The notes beneath the pieces are model-generated. The model saw nothing but the letters and a program-made list of their open reading frames with translations, had not been told where the DNA came from and made no database searches. A DNA stretch of 64,000 nucleotides from an uncultured delta proteobacterium (GTDB lineage Bacteria > Myxococcota_A > Polyangia > Polyangiales > JAFGIB01): positions 224,001 through 288,000 of the forward strand of contig CAVZVA010000003.1 in the NCBI GenBank assembly GCA_963778655.1, read 5' to 3'. The position numbers and the translations under genes were made by a program. Of the stretch, positions 8,963-16,445 are shown in pieces. Each line of letters begins with the position of its first letter. The stretch's first letter is position 1.

Positions 8963-9886
8963 TCAGTAGGGCGCCTGACCGATGATGTTGCCCTGCGGCG
9001 CGTAGTTGCAGATGTAGATCGACGTGGTGCCGCCACCCATCATGCAGGTGGACGCGCCGCAGCCGACCTGCGTGCTGTTCCGCCAGACGATCTGGGTGTA
9101 GTGGCCACAGCCATCGCTGGACATCGCGAGATAGCAGCTCTGGTTGCACTGGTCGGTGCGCATGAACAGCCCGTAGGTCCAGCAGCTGTCCTCGGCCGCC
9201 CACGCGTCGACCGCGTCGACGCCGGTGCGCTGGGACCCCGCGCCGAAGGAGGTGAAGACCGCGAGATTTTCGCCGTACGGGGGATTGGTGCGATGGCGCG
9301 GGTTGCAGTCCATGGCGACCGTGTCGGCCCATTCCTGGGCGTAGTCGGCGAGCATCTGCGACCAGGTGAATGGCGGCAGCGGCATGTCGGTCATGACCCC
9401 CGCGCGCACTTTGTTGTGCTCTTCCAGCACCCCAGCCAGCAGCCCACTGGTGGGCTCGCCACTGGCCGACGTTCCGCCTGCGCCCGCAGCGCCCATGCCA
9501 CCGGTGCCCATGCCGCCCGTGCCCATGCCGCCCGTGCCCATGCCACCGGTGCCCATGCCACCGGTACCCATGCCGCCCGTGCCCATCCCGGCGACGCCGG
9601 CACCGCCGGTTCCGAGCACACCGCCCGTGCCGCCCACGCCGCCCGCGCCCATCGCGACCGGCCCCTGCCCCGCAACGCCTACACCGACCGGCGGCAGGCT
9701 GGCCCCGCCCGTACCACTACCCGGCGCCAGCGTGCCGCCGGTGCCCGGCAAAGCCATGGGCGGTCCCACCGAGTACATCGGGCGTGGACCGCTATCGCTG
9801 TTCGCGCTGCACTGCACGCAGCCGACCATGGCCAGCGCGCAGGCGACGCGGATGCGCCCCTCAACCCCACCGAAGAGTCGCCGCAC
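8963..9886 (-). CDS. CAP/SCP (PR-1-like) domain secreted protein with (GTGGM)n tether
   Basis: HNKVRA, WSQMLADYAQEWA, GENL, GHYTQIVW, VGCG, ICNYAPQGN. Confidence 0.93.
   Translation of the reverse strand: MRRLFGGVEGRIRVACALAMVGCVQCSANSDSGPRPMYSVGPPMALPGTGGTLAPGSGTGGASLPPVGVGVAGQGPVAMGAGGVGGTGGVLGTGGAGVAGMGTGGMGTGGMGTGGMGTGGMGTGGMGTGGMGAAGAGGTSASGEPTSGLLAGVLEEHNKVRAGVMTDMPLPPFTWSQMLADYAQEWADTVAMDCNPRHRTNPPYGENLAVFTSFGAGSQRTGVDAVDAWAAEDSCWTYGLFMRTDQCNQSCYLAMSSDGCGHYTQIVWRNSTQVGCGASTCMMGGGTTSIYICNYAPQGNIIGQAPY
9491..9586 (-). repeat. 15-bp tandem repeat (about 6 units) encoding GTGGM
   Basis: gcccatgcc(a/g)cc(g/c)gt units. Confidence 0.9.
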
Positions 9887-9997
9887 TGCCGTCCTCCTAG
9901 CTACCGTCCCGCACCCTCATCTCTGCCGTAGCAAATCGCCGTGAAGCGCGCAACGCCGCACGCTTGCGCTCCAGAAGCTTTGCGGGGATGTCGCGGC

Positions 9998-11941
9998 TCA
10001 GTCAATGCGGGTGCGCAGCGCGTGCAGACGCTTGTAGCCCTCGCTCTTGGGTGATCGTGCGCGTAGCGAACGATCGAGCGCGGGCAGCGCCTCCTTGCCG
10101 TAGGCCTTGTACACCAGGCGCGCCGCCTCATCGGCCACGTCGCCGTGGGCCACCAGCGCGAGCAGAGCCGGCAGCATCTCCGGAGCGCCGCGCGCGCTCA
10201 TGTCGATCTCCACGGCCGCGGCGAACTCGCGCAACGCGTCGGTGCGCCAGTGACGATTCATGTAGAGGTGTGCCAGCAGCAGTCGGCCTCGCGGATCATC
10301 GGGGTACTTATAGATGTATCGGCGCAGCAGGCCGATGCCGCGATCGCTGGCGAAGCCGCCGGCGTTGACCACTTTGCGCAGCGTGCGCAGGCCGTGCGGC
10401 GTACCGTGCGCCCAGGGATTGCGGGCGGGCGGGCGGGGCACCGGACGCGCTCGCGGCACAGGCGGCGCAGGCGGCGCAGGCGCGGCGACGGGCGCGCTCG
10501 CTTCGTCGGCCGCGGCCGTCGCTGCGGCCGGCTGCTCGCTTTCAGGTGCCGCGGCGGGCGCGGCGGGCGCGGTCGCTGCCGGTGCTGCGGCCGGCGCCGC
10601 AGCCCCGCCCTGCGCTGCGCGCAGCGCCGCGGGCAAGGCCTGCAGCGGCGCGGGCGGCTGCGCGCGCGGCTTCGCCAGCGCGCGCGTGTGCCTGGCCGCA
10701 CCGCCGGCGTGCAGCTCGAAGGCGGCGAACGCCACCAGCGAGAGGCCGACCACCGCGCCGAAGCTCAGCCACGCGAACAGCAAGCTGCGCGGCTGCGCGG
10801 CGGAATCGCGTGCGGGCGCCGACACGGCGAGCGCGGCGTCCGCAGCCGCCAGCGGCGGGGCCTGCGCCGCGCCCGCGCCGGCCTCGGGGGCCGTGCCTCC
10901 GGCCGGCTCGGCGCCCGCGCCAGGCTCCGCGCCCGCAGCGTCGGAACGCGCGGTGTCGACCACGGTCGGCGCCACCGCGAGCACGCCGCTCGGCTGCTCG
11001 GCCGGCAGCGAATCGCTCGTAGTCCAGGGCTGCGGCACGGCCTCGAGCGCCGCGAGCATCTCGGCGGCGTCGCGGAAGCGCTGCGCCGGCTGCTTGGCCA
11101 TCGCGCGCTGCACCAGGGCCTCGAGCTCCGGCCGCACCGGACCGCGCGGGCAGGCCGAGCTCAAGCTCGGAGCCGCCTCCACCAGGTGGCCCCGCAGCTG
11201 CTCCATCGGCTCGCCCTCGAACGGCAGCCGGCCGCTCATGAGCTGGAACAGCAACACGCCCACCGCGTACACGTCGCTGCCGGCGTCGGCCGCGCCGCCC
11301 GAGATCTGCTCCGGCGCCATGTATGCCGGCGTGCCCACCGCTTCGCCCGCCAGCGTGAGATTCGGATCGGTTACCGTGGGATCGGGCTCGACCACCTTGG
11401 CCAAGCCGAAGTCGAGCAGCTTGAGCTGTTCCTCGCCCTCGGGCAGGCGCTGGAAGAACACGTTGCCGGGCTTGAGATCGCGATGCACCAGCCCCTGCGC
11501 ATGCACGAACGAGAGCGCGCGCAGCAGCTGGCTGATCAGCTCCTTGACCTGGGCGCTGGGGAACGGCCCGCGCTTGAGCCGGCGCCCGAGCGTCTCACCC
11601 TCGAGCAGCTCCATCACCAGGTACGGGATGTCGCCCGAAAGGCCGTAGTCGGTGACCGCCACGATATTGGGATGGCGCAACGCGGCCAACGCCTTGGCCT
11701 CGCGCTCGAAACGCTTGCGCAGCGAGCGACTGGACGCGTACTGGTCGAGCAGCAGCTTGATCGCGACCGGGCTGCCGAGCTTGAGGTGCGTGGCGCGGTA
11801 GACCGCGCCCATGCCACCGGCTCCCAGCTCGGCGTCGATGCGATAGCGCTCGTCGAGCGTGTGACCGATCAGCGCGCGGCCGATCAGCGCCGGCGGGATC
11901 GAAGACGGAGAGCGCTGTTGCTTGCGATCGCCCTGCACCAC
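9998..11941 (-). CDS. Membrane Ser/Thr protein kinase with Ala/Pro linker and C-terminal helical (TPR-like) domain
   Basis: GAGGMGAVY, VAIK, HRDLKPGN, DFG, GTPAYMAPE; TM segment FAWLSFGAVVGLSLVAFAAF. Confidence 0.95.
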   Translation of the reverse strand: MVQGDRKQQRSPSSIPPALIGRALIGHTLDERYRIDAELGAGGMGAVYRATHLKLGSPVAIKLLLDQYASSRSLRKRFEREAKALAALRHPNIVAVTDYGLSGDIPYLVMELLEGETLGRRLKRGPFPSAQVKELISQLLRALSFVHAQGLVHRDLKPGNVFFQRLPEGEEQLKLLDFGLAKVVEPDPTVTDPNLTLAGEAVGTPAYMAPEQISGGAADAGSDVYAVGVLLFQLMSGRLPFEGEPMEQLRGHLVEAAPSLSSACPRGPVRPELEALVQRAMAKQPAQRFRDAAEMLAALEAVPQPWTTSDSLPAEQPSGVLAVAPTVVDTARSDAAGAEPGAGAEPAGGTAPEAGAGAAQAPPLAAADAALAVSAPARDSAAQPRSLLFAWLSFGAVVGLSLVAFAAFELHAGGAARHTRALAKPRAQPPAPLQALPAALRAAQGGAAAPAAAPAATAPAAPAAAPESEQPAAATAAADEASAPVAAPAPPAPPVPRARPVPRPPARNPWAHGTPHGLRTLRKVVNAGGFASDRGIGLLRRYIYKYPDDPRGRLLLAHLYMNRHWRTDALREFAAAVEIDMSARGAPEMLPALLALVAHGDVADEAARLVYKAYGKEALPALDRSLRARSPKSEGYKRLHALRTRID

Positions 11942-12131
11942 GAGGGCCGGATCGTAACATGCGACGCTTGCCGGCTACAGCGTCATGAATTGCTCGAACC
12001 AGCGCGAATTCCTCGAGCGAAACGCGGAAACCGCGGCTGTGGCAGCATGGTGCGGTCCGCCCGAATTGTGCGCCGTCACCGCCTTGCTGGCGCGGCGGCC
12101 GCGAGCCTGCCGCCGGTGCTATGCTGCGCGC

Positions 12132-12497
12132 ATGCGCAACTTACTGGTCCTGGCGTCGCTCGTGCCGGCGCTCGCGCTCGGCGGCTGCGCGCGGCGCGGC
12201 GGCGGCGGCACGCTGATCGGAGCGACCTGCAAGCACTCCACCGAGTGCGGGCCAGCCGGCGTGTGCATTACCAGCGGCAAGAACGGCCTGTGCTCGCTGC
12301 CCTGCGCGATGCCCGGCAATCCCGAGGAATGCCTGCCGGGCTCGTACTGCGATCAGGAGTCGGTGCGAACCGACAACGAGGGGCCCAGCGAGCGCACGCT
12401 GTGCTTCCCCGCCTGCACCGACAAGTCGCAATGCCGCGACGGCTACGACTGCCGCAACATCAACGGCGGCCCAGGCAAAGTCTGCTCCCCGCAGTGA
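12132..12497 (+). CDS. Small Cys-rich lipoprotein
   Basis: MRNLLVLASLVPALALGGC lipobox; 12 further Cys in disulfide-type spacing. Confidence 0.8.
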   Translation: MRNLLVLASLVPALALGGCARRGGGGTLIGATCKHSTECGPAGVCITSGKNGLCSLPCAMPGNPEECLPGSYCDQESVRTDNEGPSERTLCFPACTDKSQCRDGYDCRNINGGPGKVCSPQ

Positions 12498-12647
12498 TCG
12501 AGACCTGCGCTTCCCGCTCAGAGGCACCGACGCTACAACTGAGCACAAAGCCCAGAAGCTCGATCATGGGCGGTTGCACAGCCATCGACGCGGGCGCGCA
12601 GCGACCCTCGCGGGTGGCTGGGGCCCCGACGGCTTTGCCCGCAGGAC

Positions 12648-13190
12648 CTACGTACCGGCGATGCCGCCCGAGACGATGAACGGAAACAGCTGCGAGGACT
12701 CGACCTCGAGCGCGCGCACACGCGCGCGCGGCAGCACCACCAGCTGGCCCGCGAAGTTCACCGACTGCGGCAGGTAGACCGCCACGTGGTCGGGCAGCCC
12801 GAAGGCCGACAGGTCCTCGCGCGTCACGAAGCCGAAGGCCTGAAGCGCGCCGTCTTCGCTCAGTGTGGCCAGCACCGGGCGCTCGAAGGTCTTCTTCTGC
12901 CCGACCAGCGCGGCCATCAGGTCGCGCAACGCGGTGTAGATCAGCTTGATCAATGGCAGCCGCGTCAGCAGGCGGTCCGGCAGCCCCACCAGGCGCTTGC
13001 CCACCACGTTGGTGGTGAGCGCGCCGATGGCGGTGATCAGGGCGATGGTCACCAGGAAGCCGAGGCCCGGGATGCGCAGGCCGAGCAAGCCGTCGATCTT
13101 GAGAAAGACCAGATACACCACGTACAGCGTGGCCACGGTCGGAACGATGACCAGGCATCCGTTCAAGAAGCTCTTGATCAATGGTTTCAC
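12648..13190 (-). CDS. DUF502 family membrane protein
   Basis: FLNGCLVIVP, RLPLIKLIY, FGFVT, VYLPQS, IVSGG; GTG start at 13190 inferred. Confidence 0.85.
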   Translation of the reverse strand: MKPLIKSFLNGCLVIVPTVATLYVVYLVFLKIDGLLGLRIPGLGFLVTIALITAIGALTTNVVGKRLVGLPDRLLTRLPLIKLIYTALRDLMAALVGQKKTFERPVLATLSEDGALQAFGFVTREDLSAFGLPDHVAVYLPQSVNFAGQLVVLPRARVRALEVESSQLFPFIVSGGIAGT

Positions 13191-13355
13191 GAGCACGCTC
13201 CCTTGCTGGCGCCGCCACGCCCGCGGACCCGGGCCGCGCCCGGGACTGGCCCTGCAGAGATGCAACAAGAAGGCGGGAAGCCAGGATACACCCGTGCTCG
13301 CCGGCTTCTCGCGATGCCCGCGCCTTTCCCATATCGAAGGCGGTGGGCGGATCCC

Positions 13356-13548
13356 CTAAATCAGAGCTCGCGATTCGGGATCGAATCACAACCTCTGATT
13401 TCTCCTTTGATTGTCGGGAAGTCGCGCCGACTCCCTGTGCGCGAGGCAAAGCCTCGCGCATTCACCCTCTGGCGGTGGTGCGGCATCCGGCGCACCGCTG
13501 CATGACCGGTCGGCATGGCCGTTCCCGAATCGTGATTCGGTCATTTAG
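13356..13548. mobile_element. MITE-like palindromic element A (about 190 bp) with imperfect terminal inverted repeats
   Basis: Left end CTAAAT..TC.CGATTCGGGA (13356-13380) is the imperfect inverse of 13523-13548; 13355-13445 recurs at 45882-45972 (84/91 identical); internal hairpins. Confidence 0.65.
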
Positions 13549-13551
13549 CAG

Positions 13552-14727
13552 CTAGCGCGCGAGGACGGCGCCGGCGAGCGCCACCAGAGCCAGCGAGCCG
13601 AGCACGACGGCCGTGGTCCAGCGCGCGCGGCGTGCGCGCGCGCGCAACAGCAGCGCAAACGCCGAGTCGAGCCGGGTACGGGGCGCCGGCGCAAGCGCCG
13701 CCGCCTGGTCGTCGCTCAGCGGCCTCTGAGGCGTGGTCGGCTGCTGCGCCAACGAGGTCGCCTCGTGCTGCGTCGCCTCCAACCACTGCAGCAGCGCGGC
13801 ACGCATCGCACGCGCGCCGGTGAAGCGCTCGCGCGGATCCTTGGCCATGGCGCGCAAGATGATCGCTTCGAGCCGCGGGTCGAGCTCCGGTCGCAGCTTG
13901 CGCGGACGGCGCGGCCGGCTGTGGATGTGTTGCAGCACGATCTGGATCGCGCTCTCGGCCTCGAAGGGCAGCCTGCCGGTGACCATCTCGTAGAGCATCA
14001 CGCCGCAAGCGTAGATGTCGGTCATGCGGTCGACCGATCGCGCCTGCGCCTGCTCCGGCGACATGTACTCGGGCGTGCCGCACACCGTGCCTTCGAGCGT
14101 GCTGTCCTTGCGCGCGGAGCTCGCGGGGCCGGCGAACGGAACGCGGGCGATGCCGAAGTCGCAGACCTTGACCACGTCCACGGGCTTGCCGCCCGCGTCC
14201 TGGCCGCTGTCCACGATCACGTTCTCGGGCTTGATGTCGCGGTGCACGATGCCGAGGTCGTGCGCGGCGGCCAGCGCGGTGAGGATCTGGGTCATGATCT
14301 CGGCGGTCCAGCGGACCTCGGGCACCCGGCGCTCGCGCAGAAGATCCTCGAGCGTGCGCCCGCCGAGCAGCTCCATCACCATGAACGCGCAGTCGCTGTG
14401 CGGGTCGCGGCCGAAGTCGAGGATCTGCACCACGTTGGGGTGTTTGATCAGCCGTCCCGCCTGGGCTTCACGCCAAAATGCCGCCGCCACGCTGCTGCGT
14501 TTGGCCAGATGCGGGTGCAGGATCTTGATCGCCACTTCGCGTTGTTGCGGGAGCTGGCGCGCGCGATGGACACTGCCCATCGAGCCCGCGCTCACGCTCT
14601 CCAGCAGAACGTAGCTGCAGCCCGCGAGCCGCGTGCTGTTGAGCTCCTGCGGCGGCGCGAGCGCGCCCTTGGCTGCGGGCTTCGTCCTCGGGGGAGGGGG
14701 CGGCGGCGAGGTGCGCGGGTTGTGCAT
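13552..14727 (-). CDS. Ser/Thr protein kinase with C-terminal membrane anchor
   Basis: VAIK, HRDIKPEN, DFG, GTPEYMSPE; terminal hydrophobic helix. Confidence 0.95.
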   Translation of the reverse strand: MHNPRTSPPPPPPRTKPAAKGALAPPQELNSTRLAGCSYVLLESVSAGSMGSVHRARQLPQQREVAIKILHPHLAKRSSVAAAFWREAQAGRLIKHPNVVQILDFGRDPHSDCAFMVMELLGGRTLEDLLRERRVPEVRWTAEIMTQILTALAAAHDLGIVHRDIKPENVIVDSGQDAGGKPVDVVKVCDFGIARVPFAGPASSARKDSTLEGTVCGTPEYMSPEQAQARSVDRMTDIYACGVMLYEMVTGRLPFEAESAIQIVLQHIHSRPRRPRKLRPELDPRLEAIILRAMAKDPRERFTGARAMRAALLQWLEATQHEATSLAQQPTTPQRPLSDDQAAALAPAPRTRLDSAFALLLRARARRARWTTAVVLGSLALVALAGAVLAR

Positions 14728-15017
14728 TGAGATGCGCGTGTGGCGCTGAGGCCTCGACGATTGCGCGGCCTTGGATTAGGACGCCGGGCGTGCAATGGCA
14801 AGCCTTCTTTCACGAAAGGACGCACTCGTAACACGCGTGTCATGCGCCGTTTTCATCGCAGCGCGAATCGAAACCAAGACCGGTGCATGCCGGTCACACC
14901 AAACGTGCGCAGCGTGCAGCTTTGGTGCACCTGCTACATTCCTGCGCTGCTAGCTTTTGGGGGTGAAGGTCACCGCGCGTGGTTCGGCGTCCGCGTTCGG
15001 CGATGCGGAAGCAGCCT

Positions 15018-15359
15018 TCACTCGCGCGGCGCGGGCTCGCGCTCGCGAGCGCTGACGCGCACGTGCACGTGGTTGCCTTCGCCCTCGCTCGGACCCTCGA
15101 GCAGCACCTGCAAGGTGTCCTCGGGCGAGACGCCCAGTGAACGGGCCGCCCGCAGCCCGAGCTTGAGCAGGTGGACCGACGTGCGCTCGCCGAGATCCTC
15201 GAGCGCCGCGCAGTGCACGCGCGGCACCACCAGCGCGTGGCGGCGTTGCGAGGGAGCCGCGTCCACCAGCACGACCGCCAGCTCGTCCTCGTAAACCCAG
15301 CTGACGGCGTCGTCCGGAGGGCGCTTCGCGATCATCTTGCACAGCGCACAGGGGTGCAT
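15018..15359 (-). CDS. HIT family protein with atypical triad (HVHVR)
   Basis: MHPCALCKMI, VYEDE, HALVVPRVH, NHVHVRV; RBS GAGGAG 8 nt upstream. Confidence 0.8.
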   Translation of the reverse strand: MHPCALCKMIAKRPPDDAVSWVYEDELAVVLVDAAPSQRRHALVVPRVHCAALEDLGERTSVHLLKLGLRAARSLGVSPEDTLQVLLEGPSEGEGNHVHVRVSAREREPAPRE

Positions 15360-15400
15360 GTCGGGATCTCCTCGTACGCAGTGCCCGCACCGAGCGGACA

Positions 15401-15445
15401 CCAAAGAACAGCGAAGCCGCCTGGGAGATTCCCGAGGCGGCTTCG
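15401..15445 (-). terminator. Intrinsic terminator-like hairpin in the HIT gene leader
   Basis: Perfect 11-bp stem CGAAGCCGCCT/AGGCGGCTTCG (15412-15422 with 15435-15445), followed on the minus strand by CTGTTCTTT. Confidence 0.75.
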
Positions 15446-15474
15446 TCACGCGTCCAGATGGGTGCGAAAGCCGC

Positions 15475-15612
15475 CTAGCTCGTGCCTCCCTTGGCGCCGC
15501 AGATGCCTCCCTCGAGCAGGAAGCTCGCCGAGGCACGGACCTTCGGCTGCGCCGCGCGCGGGAGTACCCACGTGTGCGGATGCATGCTCGACGCGCGCCG
15601 ATTGCGGTCCAT
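15475..15612 (-). CDS. Putative leader peptide (45 aa) MDRNRRASSMHPHTWVLPRAAQPKVRASASFLLEGGICGAKGGTS
   Basis: ATG at 15612, TAG at 15477-15475; 39 of 45 codons end in G/C; stop abuts the antiterminator arm. Confidence 0.5.
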   Translation of the reverse strand: MDRNRRASSMHPHTWVLPRAAQPKVRASASFLLEGGICGAKGGTS

Positions 15613-15622
15613 CTTGCACACC

Positions 15623-15651
15623 GGTGTAGAGCAAGGCCCGAACGCGGTCAA
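15623..15651 (-). promoter_or_regulatory. sigma70-like promoter for the leader-HIT transcript
   Basis: TTGACC (15651-15646) - 17 nt - TACACC (15628-15623) on the minus strand. Confidence 0.5.
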
Positions 15652-15728
15652 GGCCGCCTGCGGCGATGGCCCGAGAGCCCGCCCGCCTGCACGCTCGACT
15701 CGCCAGCCCCGATAGGTAGACTCGCGCC

Positions 15729-16445
15729 ATGCCAGCCGCGGTGGAGGCGCTCGATATACACAAGACCTATCGTCTCGGCCGGGTGGAGGTGAGCGCGCTG
15801 CGCGGGGTCTCGCTGGCGGTGTCGGCTGGCGAGATGGTGGCGATCGTGGGGCGCTCGGGCTCCGGCAAGTCGACCTTGCTGAACTTGCTGGGCGCGCTCG
15901 ACCGGCCCAGCGCCGGCGAGGTGAGGATCGGCGGCCACGCGCTCTCCAGCCTAGACGACGGCGCGCGCACCCGCCTGCGCCGCGACAAGATCGGGCTGGT
16001 GTTTCAATTCTTCAATCTGTTGCCGCTGCTGAGCGCGCGCGAGAACGTCGCGCTGCCGCTGCTGCTCGCGGGCGCGCGGCGCGCCGCGGCGGAGCGCAGC
16101 GCCGACGAGTGGCTCGGCCGCGTGGGCCTGGGCGCACGACTGGGCCACCGGCCCGACGAGCTCAGCGGGGGCGAGATGCAGCGCGTGGCGGTGGCCCGCG
16201 CGCTCGCGCCGCGGCCGCTGCTACTGCTGGCCGACGAGCCGACTGGCAACCTCGACTCGGAGTCGGGGCAGGGCGTGCTCGCGCTGCTCAAGGCCGCCGC
16301 CTGCGAGCACGGTTGCTCAGTGGTGATGGTGACCCACGACCCGCGCGCCGCAGCGGTCTGCGATCGCGTGGTGGAGATCGCGGACGGGCGGCTGCGCAGC
16401 GACGCGGCCGCCGCGAGCGCCGGACCCGGTGCGGAGGCAGGTTGA
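15729..16445 (+). CDS. ABC transporter ATP-binding protein (LolD/MacB-like)
   Basis: GRSGSGKST, LSGGEMQRV, LLADEPTGNLD, VTHD. Confidence 0.95.
   Translation: MPAAVEALDIHKTYRLGRVEVSALRGVSLAVSAGEMVAIVGRSGSGKSTLLNLLGALDRPSAGEVRIGGHALSSLDDGARTRLRRDKIGLVFQFFNLLPLLSARENVALPLLLAGARRAAAERSADEWLGRVGLGARLGHRPDELSGGEMQRVAVARALAPRPLLLLADEPTGNLDSESGQGVLALLKAAACEHGCSVVMVTHDPRAAAVCDRVVEIADGRLRSDAAAASAGPGAEAG

Noticed and set aside
13232..13290. GGGACTGGCCC...GCAAC resembling a SAM-I riboswitch core
   Set aside because: Lacks the ATC.AGAG 5' segment and the GGTGC.AA 3' segment, and lies on the strand opposite the neighbouring gene
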